A stretch of DNA of 64,000 bases from Polyangiaceae bacterium (GTDB lineage: Bacteria; Myxococcota_A; Polyangia; Polyangiales; Polyangiaceae), in contig JAXLYO010000010.1 of the NCBI GenBank assembly GCA_046351415.1, positions 217,234 to 281,233 of the forward strand, in the 5' to 3' direction. Shown here piece after piece: positions 26,035-36,625 of the stretch. The notes beneath the pieces were generated by a model, which was given only the letters and a program-made list of their open reading frames with translations, was not told the origin of the DNA and did not search any database. How positions within the stretch are numbered: position 1 is the stretch's first letter; the number at the start of each line of letters is the position of its first letter. The translations under genes and the position numbers were made by a program.

Positions 26035-27900
26035 TCAGCCGCCGCGAGCGATACGCGCCTTGATGGCGTCCATCGCGCGCGAAGCTCCCACGTCCCTTTG
26101 GATGCACGCGAGGTCGCTCGGGCCAAGGCGCTTCTTGCCACGTAGCTTTCCTGCTCGACCGGGGGCGGTCAAGCGCTCGAGATGCGCGAGCGCGCGACCG
26201 TCTCCGAAGGTTTCCGCCTCCTCCAAGAGTGCCGCGTTCGCGCCGCAGTCCTCGCCCACGTCGCGGAGCGCGAGCGCCACCAAGAGTGCCCGTGAAGCAT
26301 GGCGCACGATTCGCGCGTCACGAAGTGCGTCCTCCGCTCGCGCGATCGAGGCCGCGCCATTGGGTGTAAACGTGAGGCGATAAAGGACATCCGCAACCGC
26401 TTCCGACGGGTGTTCCAGCAGAAAGGCGTAGGCCGCAGCCATCGTCTTCTCGTTCGTCGCGGCGCGCTCCACCGCTCGGAGGGCGTTCGGGTTCTGCGCC
26501 GCGGCCGCGTCGAGCCTTGCCAAATTCGTGAGCGCTTCGAGCGCCTCGAGCGAAGCCGCGCCCGTAGCATCTTCCTTCGAGAAGCAACCCGCAACGATGG
26601 CCCGGTGATTTTCCGCCGTATCCAACGGAAGGCCGTGCCGATCGAGCATGGCTCGCCCTGCTTCCACTTCGCACCTCTCGAATCGTGCAACGGCAGCTCG
26701 CGACACGTCCGACGCCTGGAGTCGCGCGGAAGATGCGAGCGAAAAGGAAGGCGCTTCAGGCGCAGCAGCGCTCTCTCGCTGACTGCGGATGCCGATCGCG
26801 ATGCACAAAGCGATGACGAAGAGGCCGAGCGCGGCAGACACGCCGAGCCGCGTACCGAGCAGGGTCGGCACAGGCGCGCCCTTTGGCGCAACGCTCGTTG
26901 CGTGCGCCAGGATTTCTCCGGAAAGCGTCGTCGGCGACCACGCAGTGTAAGGACTCGACGCCGGGAGCTTCCGGAGTTCCGCTTGTGCTTCGTAGGCATT
27001 CTCCGGACGTCCCTCGGGAGCCTTCGACAGCAGACGCCGCACGAACGCTTCTACCTCTGGAGCAATGTCGACGAGTGGCGCCGCATCTCGCATCGGAGGC
27101 ACGTCTCGCGTCGCATGCATGCACATGAGGAGCACATCACTCCTGCCCACGAAAGGACGGACGCCCGTCAGCATCTCGTAGAGAATGACGCCGAGGGCGT
27201 AGAGGTCCGCTCGTGCATCGATGCGATGCCCGAGAGATTGCTCGGGAGCCATGTACTCCGGGGTGCCGTAGACGACTCCGACACGCGTCAATGTCTCGGA
27301 AGGGTCGGTCGCCGCAACCTGCAACGGTACGCGTGCGATACCGAAGTCGAGCACCTTCACGAAGTCGGGGTCGTCGCCGCGCGACGTAAGCATGATGTTC
27401 TCAGGTTTGAGATCGCGGTGCACGATGCCGTGTTCGTGGGCACGTGTGAGCGCATCACAAATTTGCTCGGCGATGTGGAGCGCGCGGCGCGCGGGCAAGG
27501 ATCCGTACTGTCTCAAGGCGTCGCGAAGACCAATTCCCTCGACGTATTCGAGCACGAGGAAGGACGTACCATCGGGCAGCTTGCCGAAGTCGGTGGCGGC
27601 TGCGACGTTCGGATGATCAATGCGACTCGCAGCGACCGCCTCTCTCTCGAAACGCGCGACCGCCTCCAACGATCGACTCGTCTTCTTGCGGAGCACTTTG
27701 ATGGCAACACGCTTGTGCATGAGCGTGTGTTCCGCGAGGTACACTTCTCCCATGCTGCCTCCACCGAGTCTGCGCTCGATGCGATAGCGACCGCTGAAGA
27801 GCTGTCCAATGAGCGGATCACGTTCACCATCGGCCGGGCGACGCGAGTCGACGATCGCGTCGTCGGCCGCTGTTGCCGCATATGCCTCCGGTCGCTCCAT
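26035..27900 (-). CDS. Ser/Thr protein kinase with TM segment and helical C-terminal domain
   Basis: GGGSMGEVYLA, AIKVL, HRDLKPENIM, DFGIAR and GTPEYMAPE motifs; TM LGVSAALGLFVIALCIAIGI. Confidence 0.9.
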   Translation of the reverse strand: MERPEAYAATAADDAIVDSRRPADGERDPLIGQLFSGRYRIERRLGGGSMGEVYLAEHTLMHKRVAIKVLRKKTSRSLEAVARFEREAVAASRIDHPNVAAATDFGKLPDGTSFLVLEYVEGIGLRDALRQYGSLPARRALHIAEQICDALTRAHEHGIVHRDLKPENIMLTSRGDDPDFVKVLDFGIARVPLQVAATDPSETLTRVGVVYGTPEYMAPEQSLGHRIDARADLYALGVILYEMLTGVRPFVGRSDVLLMCMHATRDVPPMRDAAPLVDIAPEVEAFVRRLLSKAPEGRPENAYEAQAELRKLPASSPYTAWSPTTLSGEILAHATSVAPKGAPVPTLLGTRLGVSAALGLFVIALCIAIGIRSQRESAAAPEAPSFSLASSARLQASDVSRAAVARFERCEVEAGRAMLDRHGLPLDTAENHRAIVAGCFSKEDATGAASLEALEALTNLARLDAAAAQNPNALRAVERAATNEKTMAAAYAFLLEHPSEAVADVLYRLTFTPNGAASIARAEDALRDARIVRHASRALLVALALRDVGEDCGANAALLEEAETFGDGRALAHLERLTAPGRAGKLRGKKRLGPSDLACIQRDVGASRAMDAIKARIARGG

Positions 27901-28265
27901 GCATCTGTCTTAGCGAGGAGCATGCCAAGCTCTGCGAGGGCGTCTTTTTCCATGCGCGGTGCAAAATCACAAACAGGCTTTCCAACAGACGCTTCAGGAG
28001 CCCACGCGTGAATGGACGCCTACATGCGCGCAGAACAATCGGCGTCCCCCGGGCCGGGACTTCGCTGATCCACGCGGGCGGGAGCTGGCGCCTGGTTTCG
28101 CTTTTTGCGAGCGTCACGCAGATCGCCTCAACGTGACAGCCTGCCACAGCCAGGCAAGCTGGTCCTTCCCGCCGGCACAGGGAAATTCTACGCCAAATCG
28201 TGACCCTTTCGCACTTCACCCGTGTCGGCACGCCCCTTGCGGAATCGGTGGAGACGAGGCGTCCC

Positions 28266-29243
28266 ATGGCTTTGGCGATCAAGACCCGCGCGAAGCACGC
28301 GCTCGATATCCTCAAAGAGACGGCGAGCGACTGGGTTGACGACAAGGCTTCTCGGCTGGCGGCATCACTTGCACTCTACACGCTTCTGTCGCTCGCGCCG
28401 CTACTCGTTTTGATCGTTTCGGCTCTTGGACTGATTTTCGGTGAGGAGACGGCGCGTGAGCAAGTCGCGCGGCAACTCCAGGCGTCCATCGGACCGGAGG
28501 CGGGCGAGGGAGTCAACATGCTGCTCGCGAGCGCGCACTCGCCGAAGGAAGGCATCTTGTCGACGATCGTCAGCATCGTCGTCTTGCTTTTCGGCGCATC
28601 GGGAGTGTTCGGCGAGCTCCAGGAATCCCTCAACACCGTATGGGAGGTCGAGCCCAAACCGGGGCGCGGGGTGATGGGCCTCGTCAAAGACCGCTTCTTC
28701 TCGTTCACGATGGTTCTCGGAGTTGCATTCCTGCTGCTCGTCTCTCTGGTCGTCAGCACAGCTCTATCGGCGCTCGGCGGCGTTTTCGCCCCTTCGTCGG
28801 GTTTCGTGCTTTTCGCCTGGCAAGCCGTCAACTTCGTCGTGTCTCTAGGCACGGTGACGTTGCTCTTCGCGCTCATGTACAAGGTGATCCCGGATGCACG
28901 CATCGCCTGGCGCCACGTCTGGGTCGGCGCATTCGCGACCGCAGTGCTCTTCACCATCGGAAAGTCGCTCCTCGGTTTATACCTCGGACGAGCGAGTGTA
29001 GCGTCTCCCTACGGCGCAGCCGGGTCCGTCGTGGTGCTCGTCATCTGGGTGTACTACTCGGCGCAGATTCTCTTCATGGGCGCCGAGTTCACCCAAGTGT
29101 ATGCGCGCGCTTCCGGCGCACCACTCGTACCGACGGAGAATGCCGTCGCGACGCGAGGTGGCCACGTGGACTCAGGGAAGGGTGACAGAAACCCGGCCCA
29201 GGGAGACACCGGAAGGTCCGTACCCTTGCTCCGTGAATCGTAG
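28266..29243 (+). CDS. YihY/BrkB-family membrane protein
   Basis: DDKASRLAASLALYTLLSLAPLL, multiple TMs, and GAAGSVVVLVIWVYYSAQILFMGAEFT, typical of the family. Start taken at MALAIK. Confidence 0.82.
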   Translation: MALAIKTRAKHALDILKETASDWVDDKASRLAASLALYTLLSLAPLLVLIVSALGLIFGEETAREQVARQLQASIGPEAGEGVNMLLASAHSPKEGILSTIVSIVVLLFGASGVFGELQESLNTVWEVEPKPGRGVMGLVKDRFFSFTMVLGVAFLLLVSLVVSTALSALGGVFAPSSGFVLFAWQAVNFVVSLGTVTLLFALMYKVIPDARIAWRHVWVGAFATAVLFTIGKSLLGLYLGRASVASPYGAAGSVVVLVIWVYYSAQILFMGAEFTQVYARASGAPLVPTENAVATRGGHVDSGKGDRNPAQGDTGRSVPLLRES

Positions 29244-29921
29244 CGTCCCGTCTGCTTCGTAGACGAGCACCGTCGAAGCGCGCGTCCCGTACCCGGGCAG
29301 GGCGATGAAGGGAGACGAAAGCGCACTCTCCCACTCCTTGCCGACGCCCGTGTCAGGGAGTTCGTTTTCGTCTGCCCTCGCGTCGTCACGCAAGGCCGCG
29401 AGCGCTCGGTCGACGTCGAAGGAAGCGTCGCGCTCTCCGAGCAACTCGGTGAGCACGCGTTCGGTCCGCGTCACCTTCGGCCAAGGGACGTCCATTCGAG
29501 CATTCGAAAGGCCATGAATCCCGGGGCCGAGCAGAGCGGGCGCCTGTCCCGATTCATTTGCATAATACACGGCGCCCACTCCGCCAAAAAGCAGGTTGAA
29601 GGCGGGAAACGCTTCCAACTCATCTGCGGAAAAGTCGAAGCCCGAGGACAGTGTGCGACGCACGACGAGCCCTCTCGACTTCCCTGTGCGTCTGGCGGAA
29701 GGCGAACGCACGTTCGTGACGAGCGAAAACGAGTTCCCGCTTTGCGTCTTGCGGACACCAAGCCACGTCCCCCCTTCGCGAAGGTCACGACCTGCGAAGA
29801 TGTCTTCGTCGCTCCAAGCATGTGCCGGGGCACTCGGGCGGTCGTACACTTCGTCACGATTGCTGAGGACGACGAGCGGAAATCGTGGATTCGCGCCGAT
29901 GGCAAGGACGACGAGGCACAT
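29172..29921 (-). CDS. NRDE-family (TANGO2/DUF833-like) protein
   Basis: N-terminus MCLVVLA...VVLSNRDE, the family-defining motif, followed by GGTWLG. Confidence 0.82.
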   Translation of the reverse strand: MCLVVLAIGANPRFPLVVLSNRDEVYDRPSAPAHAWSDEDIFAGRDLREGGTWLGVRKTQSGNSFSLVTNVRSPSARRTGKSRGLVVRRTLSSGFDFSADELEAFPAFNLLFGGVGAVYYANESGQAPALLGPGIHGLSNARMDVPWPKVTRTERVLTELLGERDASFDVDRALAALRDDARADENELPDTGVGKEWESALSSPFIALPGYGTRASTVLVYEADGTLRFTEQGYGPSGVSLGRVSVTLP

Positions 29922-30250
29922 CGCTCACCCCCGAACGATAGTTCGGAAACCACACATGATGCCTTCGATGTTCGAATGGCCTTCGCCACCGGAGAGTTCG
30001 GTTTCCACGAAGGGAGTCTACGGAAGGCCGGATGCGAAAGAAATTCCTTCCCGCGCCCCCAGGAATGTCTCGCCTTGCGCGGAAGGCGCGTTGTGAGCAA
30101 TTTGTGATCGTGAGCAGCAGTCCGAGACTTGGTTGGTGGATGGTCCGCATTTCCGGACCTGCTGCCGTCGATTTCGTGACGTCCCTCGGTAGCCGTACAG
30201 GAGTCGTCGACGACGAAACCTACGCGGACGACCCGGTCGGGACGGACCCG

Positions 30251-30448
30251 ATGAAGCGGCGTTTGAAGATGACGATGCCCGTCGCGCAAACGGTCGCCAA
30301 GCGCCTCAAAGAACAGTATGGCGGCATCTGCGCCATCACCATCGACGCCTGGAGCGAGCAGTCCGGAGAAATCGCTGTTCGGATCTCGGACAATGGCGAG
30401 CCAGTCGTTTCATTTCCGGAAGACAACGCTCGCATCGTCAAGCGGTGA
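30251..30448 (+). CDS. small hypothetical protein (65 aa)
   Basis: G/C-ending codons dominate in this frame (MKRRLKMTMPVAQTVAKRLKEQYGG...). No motif recognised. Confidence 0.4.
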   Translation: MKRRLKMTMPVAQTVAKRLKEQYGGICAITIDAWSEQSGEIAVRISDNGEPVVSFPEDNARIVKR

Positions 30449-30458
30449 GCGCTCGCTT

Positions 30459-30914
30459 TCACCCCTTCTGAAGGAGCTTGCGAGCAGCTTTCGCAAATCG
30501 ATCGCGTCGCGGCACGACGAGCCATTCTCGCCGCATGTACGTCGCGAAGTATCCGAGCGGGTGCGATTTCGCGTCACCGCCGCCGAGGACATGAACGAGC
30601 ATTTCGAGGTGCTGCCGGTTCCAGGCCCAGAACGGCACACCGGAGACGTCCGTTGCGTAGAAGAAGTCCCCCACGGCGCGCATCGTTTCCCAGTCGAGCG
30701 AGGCTCTGCGATACGGGCAATGCGCACAGACGACGTTCCACGGTTCACGCCACCCTGGCGTGCAGTCCCCAGCGGTCAACTTTCCGAGCGCGCGAGAGGG
30801 CTGCGTCGCCAGCGCGCATCGAGAGCAACGAGGACACACGAGCGCGATCTCGGTGGGTCGCGTCGTGTGACCGTAGCGGATATGGGTGGAGCCGCTGCCG
30901 TACTTCGAACTCAT
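30459..30914 (-). CDS. hypothetical protein with CxxC...CxxC zinc-ribbon-like N-terminus
   Basis: VCPRCSRC ... VCAHCPY pairs; minus-strand codon bias. Confidence 0.5.
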   Translation of the reverse strand: MSSKYGSGSTHIRYGHTTRPTEIALVCPRCSRCALATQPSRALGKLTAGDCTPGWREPWNVVCAHCPYRRASLDWETMRAVGDFFYATDVSGVPFWAWNRQHLEMLVHVLGGGDAKSHPLGYFATYMRREWLVVPRRDRFAKAARKLLQKG

Positions 30915-30934
30915 GACGACCCAACCGCGTTACC

Positions 30935-31606
30935 ATGCTCTCCATGAGCGCGCGTCCCGTTCTTCACGTCGGCAACCAAAACTATTCGTCTTGGTCTTTG
31001 CGACCATGGCTTGCGCTCACGTGGGGCGGCATCGCGTTCGACCTCCACGTCATCCCCATGGGAGGGCCGGGCTACACCCAGAGGCGCTCCCCCGAGATTC
31101 TGAAAGTATCGCCATCCGGCACGGTTCCAGTTCTGGAGGTCGAAGGCGAAGGGATCGTCGACTCGCTCGCGATCTGCGAGTGGGCGGCCGAGCGAGCACC
31201 GCTTCTATGGCCCAGGGACTCGATGGCGCGCGCGCTGGCAAGATCGGCCGCCGCCGAGATGCATGCGGGGTTCGCGGCACTGCGCTCGACATTCACGTGC
31301 AACATCCGCCGGCGAACCGAGCCTCGCGTCGTCGACGACGCCGTTCGGGCCGACATCGTTCGCCTCGAAGCACTATGGAAGGGCCTGCTCCAGCGCTCCG
31401 GAGGCCCCTATTTGTTCGGCGCCCAGCCGACGATTGCCGACGCCTTTTTCACGCCCGTCGCCACGAGGTTTCGCACGTATGGCATTCGCATCGACCCCCA
31501 GGCCCAGACGTACTCGGATGTGCTGCTCCACAACGAGGCGTTCCGCACCTGGGAGGCTGCGGCGATCGTCGAACCGTGGACCATCGACCTCTGGGAAAGA
31601 ACCTAA
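30935..31606 (+). CDS. glutathione S-transferase family protein
   Basis: NYSSWSLRPW near the N-terminus, VSPSGTVPVLE, DSLAICEW, and a helical C-terminal domain. Resembles YfcF/GST-N_2-type GSTs. Confidence 0.8.
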   Translation: MLSMSARPVLHVGNQNYSSWSLRPWLALTWGGIAFDLHVIPMGGPGYTQRRSPEILKVSPSGTVPVLEVEGEGIVDSLAICEWAAERAPLLWPRDSMARALARSAAAEMHAGFAALRSTFTCNIRRRTEPRVVDDAVRADIVRLEALWKGLLQRSGGPYLFGAQPTIADAFFTPVATRFRTYGIRIDPQAQTYSDVLLHNEAFRTWEAAAIVEPWTIDLWERT

Positions 31607-31751
31607 GTCAAAACGACTCCGGCTGCCTGGGTACCGAGCGAGTCTGACGAATCGCCTCTCGACGAGGCGGCGGAGTCAGCGGCTCTTGGCCGGGGATCTT
31701 TGCGTTCGCTCTCAAATTGCGACCGCGCGATCCATGATGGATGAAAGCGGT

Positions 31752-34667
31752 CTAGCGTGCCCCGCCCTCGTCCTGCCCTTCGCGCGACACGCGCCGTCGA
31801 TGCAGAAGTAGAGCAGAGGCGAGTGCAAAAGCCCACCGGGTCCCGGACGAAGGCGGCCCGGAGCGACCCGCCCCGACCGCGCACCCTTCGAGCCCGTCGG
31901 TCGGTGAATCCCCCGGCGGGACACACGTTCGGCCCGACGCGGTGCACACGAAACCGTCCTTACAGGTGCGGTAGTCCGTGCACGACGTCGGACAGGCTCC
32001 ACCGATGCACTTGTAAGCACCGCAATCGGTTCGCTGTCCGGCGGAGTCTACGACGACGTTGCCGTCGCAATGACTTCCTTCTCGAACGACGCATGCGTGA
32101 TTCTCACAGCGATGAGTCGATACGCATCCCCTATCGTCGTCACACGAGGTGGGGCACCCAAGGTCCGTGCCGCAGGCGTAGCCTCCGCACGTCTGCCCGG
32201 TCGCACTCACGACGCACGAACCAAGTCCATTGCAGATGTTCCCCGTCGCCCGGTTGTCGGTACACGTCACCGTGCCGCACGCGGTTCCGGGCGCATAGAG
32301 GCGACAAGCACCTCGGCCATCGCATAGACCGTCCTGACGACAGGTGGCCCGGGGGTCGGCCGCGCACCGCTGCTGGCTGTCCGCGACCCCGTCTTTTGCG
32401 GCTCCGCACACGCCTGTGCGATCGCCGGACGTCTTCAGGGCCGCAGTACACGCCTGGCAAAGTCCGTCGCACAATTCGTTGCAACATACACCATTCGCGA
32501 GGAAGCCGGACCCGCATTCTGCCGCACTCGATGCCGGTGCGCCGTTCGCCTTCGCGCATACGGACTTCGCATTGCAGATCGACTGCGTCGTCGCATCACA
32601 GGAGCCGGGGTCCTCGGCGTTCGCAATGGCCGTGCACTTGCCCGGGCTAAGCCCGTTGCACGTCTCGCACGTGTCACACGCTTTCCGGCCGCAGCAAATC
32701 CCGTCCGTACAGAAAAGGCTGCTTCCGCAGTCCGCATCTGTCTGGCACGAGGACGCGAGCGCGTCCGCGAACCAAATCGTGATGTTCGAGGGGGCCCCTC
32801 CTGCGTACGAAACCGGAGTGCTGGGGACGAGGGAGATGGAGCGACGCGACGAAAGGTATGCAGCGAATGCGCCACTCGCGATACTCGGCCCGACGCTCGC
32901 AGATTGCCAGCGCGCCGCGTCACGTTCCCACAGTGCCGGCGCGGTCTTCGCCGCAGGGAGAAGGACCACGCGTTGAACCACGGGATCGAACGTCATCGTG
33001 GACTGTCCAAAGGGCGGGGGAGCCGTCGGCGCCGTGAGCTCCTGCCAGCCTGCAGCGGTGAGCGCCCACGTATCGTTTCGATTCGCTCCTCCCCATAGGA
33101 TCGTTCGCTGGTTGGCGGCATCATAGACCAGCGAGCCGGCGCCGGTTCCTTGCCCTCTCGTGGGCGGCTGCGCTCCTGCGACAGCAGACCACGCACTTCC
33201 GTTCCACAACCACCCGTTCGTGCCGTCGTAGCGCACGACCTTCTTGAGACTCGCGTCGTACGTGAGGGGCGCGGAGCCTGACGATGGTGCCGTCGAAGAT
33301 CCCAGCGACCAAGTCCGTCCGACCACGTCGAACTCCCACGTTCGGAAGCCTCCCTCGGTCAGCGTCGCGACGACGCGCCGTCGATCACTATCGAACGTGG
33401 CGTCGATGTAGCCGCCGTTTCCACTGACGACGGGTGCCGCATTGTTCGGGGTCAGGTGCGTGAAACCCGTGCCATCGAATGCCCAGACTTCCAGGGGCGA
33501 CGATGTGTTGTACGTGGCCGGCGCAAGTCGCAGAAGGCGATTGCCTGCAACGTCGCTCATCACCGCGATAGCGTAGCCCACTGGTAGCGCTACGGCACCG
33601 GAGCGCGAGACATCGAGCCTCCACGTATCGGCTCCGACGTCGAGCGTGTAGTAGCGGTAGGCTCCGGGTGTCGACCGGGCCATCAGGAGGGGAACCTGAG
33701 CCCCGTAGTCATACCGGAGGTCGAAAGCCGCATTGACGTACGTGTCCGGAGGACTCACTTGCGCGATCCGTGTCCACTGTCCACTCGTCAGCGAAAGAGA
33801 CCATGTCTCCATGGGGGCGCCGGCTCCGGGACTCGCCGGGTACCCTACGGTGCGCACCGCATCCGCGAGCACGTCGTAGGTGGCGCCGACACTGCTGTAG
33901 GACCAGCGTTCGGATAGATCCGCCCCGACTTGCGCCCATGTCGAAGACTGGGGAGAGAATGCGAAGACGCGCGCTGGACGTCCGCCACCCGCAGCAAACC
34001 CTAGCAGCCTCGATCTCTTTTCGTCCCACGTCAGCCGAAAGCCAGATCCGAGCGACCGATTGTCGGGAAGGACGCCCGCCGCAGCCCACGAACTGCCGTT
34101 CCAGATCGAAAGGCCTGTGTCCCCCGCAAAGTAGGCGGTGCTCTTCGACGCTTCGAAGACGAACGGCGCAGCGGAATTGAAGTCGGGAGAAGGAACCGAC
34201 GGCACGTAGCCCGCCGGAAAGAGCTGAGTCCATCGACGAAGCGACGGATCATATTCCCAGTGCGACTGATCCGTTCCAAGCGCGAGGTGTTTCTTGCGCA
34301 CGGGGTCGTATGCGACCGCACCGATGCGCATGAGGGGCCTATCGGGAGGAACGGTCATTCCCCAGCTGGTCGTGTACTCCCACGCATCGATCGGTACAGG
34401 CTGGTCGTTGAACGTGGCTTCGACCCCGCCGAATGCGAAGAACGTCTTGCGATCGCGATCGTATGAACCGAGGTACGGTCCGAAGGTCGTGGTCGGTACG
34501 GTGGCCGCCCAAGCGCTCCACTGTCGCTCGGACGCCAATGCGTGGGCCACCGTCGTCACGGTTGTCGCATCAGAGTCGTGTCCGCAGCCCGCAGCGAGGA
34601 GAGAGCTGCTCGAAACGACGACCGACCCCAGTGCCAGAAACTTCGCTGCAAGACGAGAGCGCCCCAT
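31752..34667 (-). CDS. large surface protein: lipoprotein signal, beta-propeller-like (Kelch-type) repeats, Cys-rich repeats, MYXO-CTERM tail
   Basis: SSLLAAGC lipobox; recurring W-containing ~50-aa repeats; C-terminal third very Cys-rich (CQTDADCGSSLFCTDGICC...). Tail GCAVGAGRSG...WAFALASALLLHRRR. Confidence 0.82.
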   Translation of the reverse strand: MGRSRLAAKFLALGSVVVSSSSLLAAGCGHDSDATTVTTVAHALASERQWSAWAATVPTTTFGPYLGSYDRDRKTFFAFGGVEATFNDQPVPIDAWEYTTSWGMTVPPDRPLMRIGAVAYDPVRKKHLALGTDQSHWEYDPSLRRWTQLFPAGYVPSVPSPDFNSAAPFVFEASKSTAYFAGDTGLSIWNGSSWAAAGVLPDNRSLGSGFRLTWDEKRSRLLGFAAGGGRPARVFAFSPQSSTWAQVGADLSERWSYSSVGATYDVLADAVRTVGYPASPGAGAPMETWSLSLTSGQWTRIAQVSPPDTYVNAAFDLRYDYGAQVPLLMARSTPGAYRYYTLDVGADTWRLDVSRSGAVALPVGYAIAVMSDVAGNRLLRLAPATYNTSSPLEVWAFDGTGFTHLTPNNAAPVVSGNGGYIDATFDSDRRRVVATLTEGGFRTWEFDVVGRTWSLGSSTAPSSGSAPLTYDASLKKVVRYDGTNGWLWNGSAWSAVAGAQPPTRGQGTGAGSLVYDAANQRTILWGGANRNDTWALTAAGWQELTAPTAPPPFGQSTMTFDPVVQRVVLLPAAKTAPALWERDAARWQSASVGPSIASGAFAAYLSSRRSISLVPSTPVSYAGGAPSNITIWFADALASSCQTDADCGSSLFCTDGICCGRKACDTCETCNGLSPGKCTAIANAEDPGSCDATTQSICNAKSVCAKANGAPASSAAECGSGFLANGVCCNELCDGLCQACTAALKTSGDRTGVCGAAKDGVADSQQRCAADPRATCRQDGLCDGRGACRLYAPGTACGTVTCTDNRATGNICNGLGSCVVSATGQTCGGYACGTDLGCPTSCDDDRGCVSTHRCENHACVVREGSHCDGNVVVDSAGQRTDCGAYKCIGGACPTSCTDYRTCKDGFVCTASGRTCVPPGDSPTDGLEGCAVGAGRSGPPSSGTRWAFALASALLLHRRRVSREGQDEGGAR

Positions 34668-34743
34668 GCTAGGCACGGTATCCGTCGGCCGCACAGCTCG
34701 CAAGCTCGAGGTGAGTACGCGAATGTCGCGTAGCCCTTGCAGT

Positions 34744-35490
34744 TCACTTCACGTCGACAACGACACCAAGCACGACGCGCGGATAGGGACTCGGCGCTGG
34801 ACTCGGACAGGAGATCGTAGGCGGTGTCGCCGTGACGTACAGTGCCTGCGAAACGGCACCGCCATTGCCGGCCTTCAGCGTTCGTTCGATCGTGAGCGTC
34901 GCCGCCACGTTCGTCGACATTTGGCAACCGGGTAGGTCGCTCTTGCACGACGTGTAGTTCCAGTCTCCGCCACCCCACCCGCCGGTCGTCGTGTAGCTTT
35001 GCGAGGCACCGACGATCGCGGAGACCGCTGGACACGGAAACGTCGCTGTCGTGCGTACGTCATCGAAGCGCGCCCAAACCCAACGGTCGTCCCCCTTGCA
35101 CCAAAGTTCCCAGGAGCCACCTGTGAGCGTCGCGCCGTCGCACGCTTTCGGGCGCACGGGGCTCGAGTCATCGAACCCCTGACACGCGGAGAGCGCGCTC
35201 GCTGTAGTGATGAGTCCGCTGCCGCACTTCGAGAAGCCCGCGGGCGGAGAGGGTTGAAGCGGATCTCCTCCGCCGTCCGGTGACGTGGCCGAATCCGTCT
35301 TCGAAGATCCACCATCGGACACCACCTTCGCGTCGGGCGCTTTCGATGCATCGAGTCCCTCGACGCCCCCATCTTCCAAGGATCCGCTGACAGAGCCGTC
35401 AGCAGAGAGCGACGGTGCTCCCTCGGAAGCGCTACAAGCCCCTGAGCCTGCAAGAAGAAGAGCTACGAAAATACAGCGAAAAGCAACCAT
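34744..35490 (-). CDS. hypothetical lipoprotein
   Basis: FVALLLAGSGAC lipobox, low-complexity linker, Cys-containing globular part. Confidence 0.7.
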   Translation of the reverse strand: MVAFRCIFVALLLAGSGACSASEGAPSLSADGSVSGSLEDGGVEGLDASKAPDAKVVSDGGSSKTDSATSPDGGGDPLQPSPPAGFSKCGSGLITTASALSACQGFDDSSPVRPKACDGATLTGGSWELWCKGDDRWVWARFDDVRTTATFPCPAVSAIVGASQSYTTTGGWGGGDWNYTSCKSDLPGCQMSTNVAATLTIERTLKAGNGGAVSQALYVTATPPTISCPSPAPSPYPRVVLGVVVDVK

Positions 35491-35632
35491 GGTCCCGTAG
35501 ATGAATCGAGCGGTGCTCCGCGATCACGAATAGTGACGATACGTGCGAAGAGGTGCTCCGCGCGCGGGGTGCCAAGCTCCGTGACGGTTGCGAAATATTG
35601 TTCAGTGTGAGCGCAGCCGATACTTTCGATAA

Positions 35633-36568
35633 ATGCGCAAGTGTCGTCTTTCGCCCTTTCGATCCATCCTTCTCGTTGCAGCAGCGGCCGCGTGTAGCTC
35701 GAATCCCGCCGCATCCGATGCGGGAAACTCCGACGCTTCCATTGCCCCGCCGCCGGACGCGGGGACGCTCGATGCGAGCAACGACGCTGGAGCGTACGAT
35801 CCCGTCGCGTGTGCTGCCTGGTTCTCCTCCGTGGATGCGAGCATTCCCGCCCCAGGTGGTCCCGGTCCCGGGCAGCGAAAGGCTCTCGTCGACGCCCACG
35901 GCGGTATCCGGAAGGAGCTCGGAAAATACATTGCCACGTGGATTCCTCAAGGTTGGGAGACGAACGAGAAGCGCATTCTCATGGTGGCCCTGCACGGAAC
36001 GGGCGGTTATCCGGAAGCAGAGTGGAACGGCTGGCATTCCTTTCTCGAGCCGAAAGGCTGGGGCTTCATCGGCGTCTCGTACCTCTCGGGCGACGCCTAC
36101 GATGATGCAACCACTACGTGGAAACGCGTGCGCGCAGCACTCTCGGACATGAACCAAGCTTGCGGTGCGAAACTCACGGTGCACCTCTCCGGCTTCTCGA
36201 GAGGTAGCGCACAGACGTTCCCCGTGACGATGCTCGATCGAAAAGACAACGGTCCCATCAACGGAAGCATCTCCCACTCGGGCGCGTGGGTCATCGGTGG
36301 GCCGTTGGTTCCAGAACTCCAAGCGGTCGATGGCGATGCCGCGTCCATGCGTGGTGTTCGCATCTGGGGTTGGGCGGGAACCGCAGACCATACCCACGGC
36401 ACGGCCATGACCGATGAAATGACGAACGCGCTCGATTGGGTCAAAGCCCACGGCGGAACGACCGCACCGCTCTACGTTTCCCAAGGGCTCGACCACGGAG
36501 ACTTCCTGAAGGACCCGGCCGCGGTCGCTGCTGCGCTCGCTTGGCTCGACACGCTCGAGCCGCGCTGA
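35633..36568 (+). CDS. lipoprotein, alpha/beta-hydrolase (esterase-like)
   Basis: LLVAAAAAC lipobox; ILMVALHGTGG (oxyanion-type HG motif); GFSRGS nucleophile elbow (GxSxG). Confidence 0.72.
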   Translation: MRKCRLSPFRSILLVAAAAACSSNPAASDAGNSDASIAPPPDAGTLDASNDAGAYDPVACAAWFSSVDASIPAPGGPGPGQRKALVDAHGGIRKELGKYIATWIPQGWETNEKRILMVALHGTGGYPEAEWNGWHSFLEPKGWGFIGVSYLSGDAYDDATTTWKRVRAALSDMNQACGAKLTVHLSGFSRGSAQTFPVTMLDRKDNGPINGSISHSGAWVIGGPLVPELQAVDGDAASMRGVRIWGWAGTADHTHGTAMTDEMTNALDWVKAHGGTTAPLYVSQGLDHGDFLKDPAAVAAALAWLDTLEPR

Positions 36569-36625
36569 ACGTACAAGCACCTCGCAGCGCTCGCGATGCG
36601 GCATGCTCCTTGCTGAACGGCAACC

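Noticed and set aside
26299-28011. 570-aa ORF antisense to the kinase. Similar long antisense ORFs lie at 35432..36604, 43861..45492, 51153..52673 and 56557..58128.
   Set aside because: All lie opposite genes with unmistakable motifs (kinases, hydrolase, ClpB). All are Arg-rich with no recognisable domains, so they are high-GC shadow ORFs.
29172-29243. 72-nt convergent overlap of the YihY-family and NRDE-family genes
   Set aside because: Both stops are fixed by the sequence, and the overlapped YihY tail is low-complexity. This is probably a harmless 3' overlap rather than a regulatory feature.
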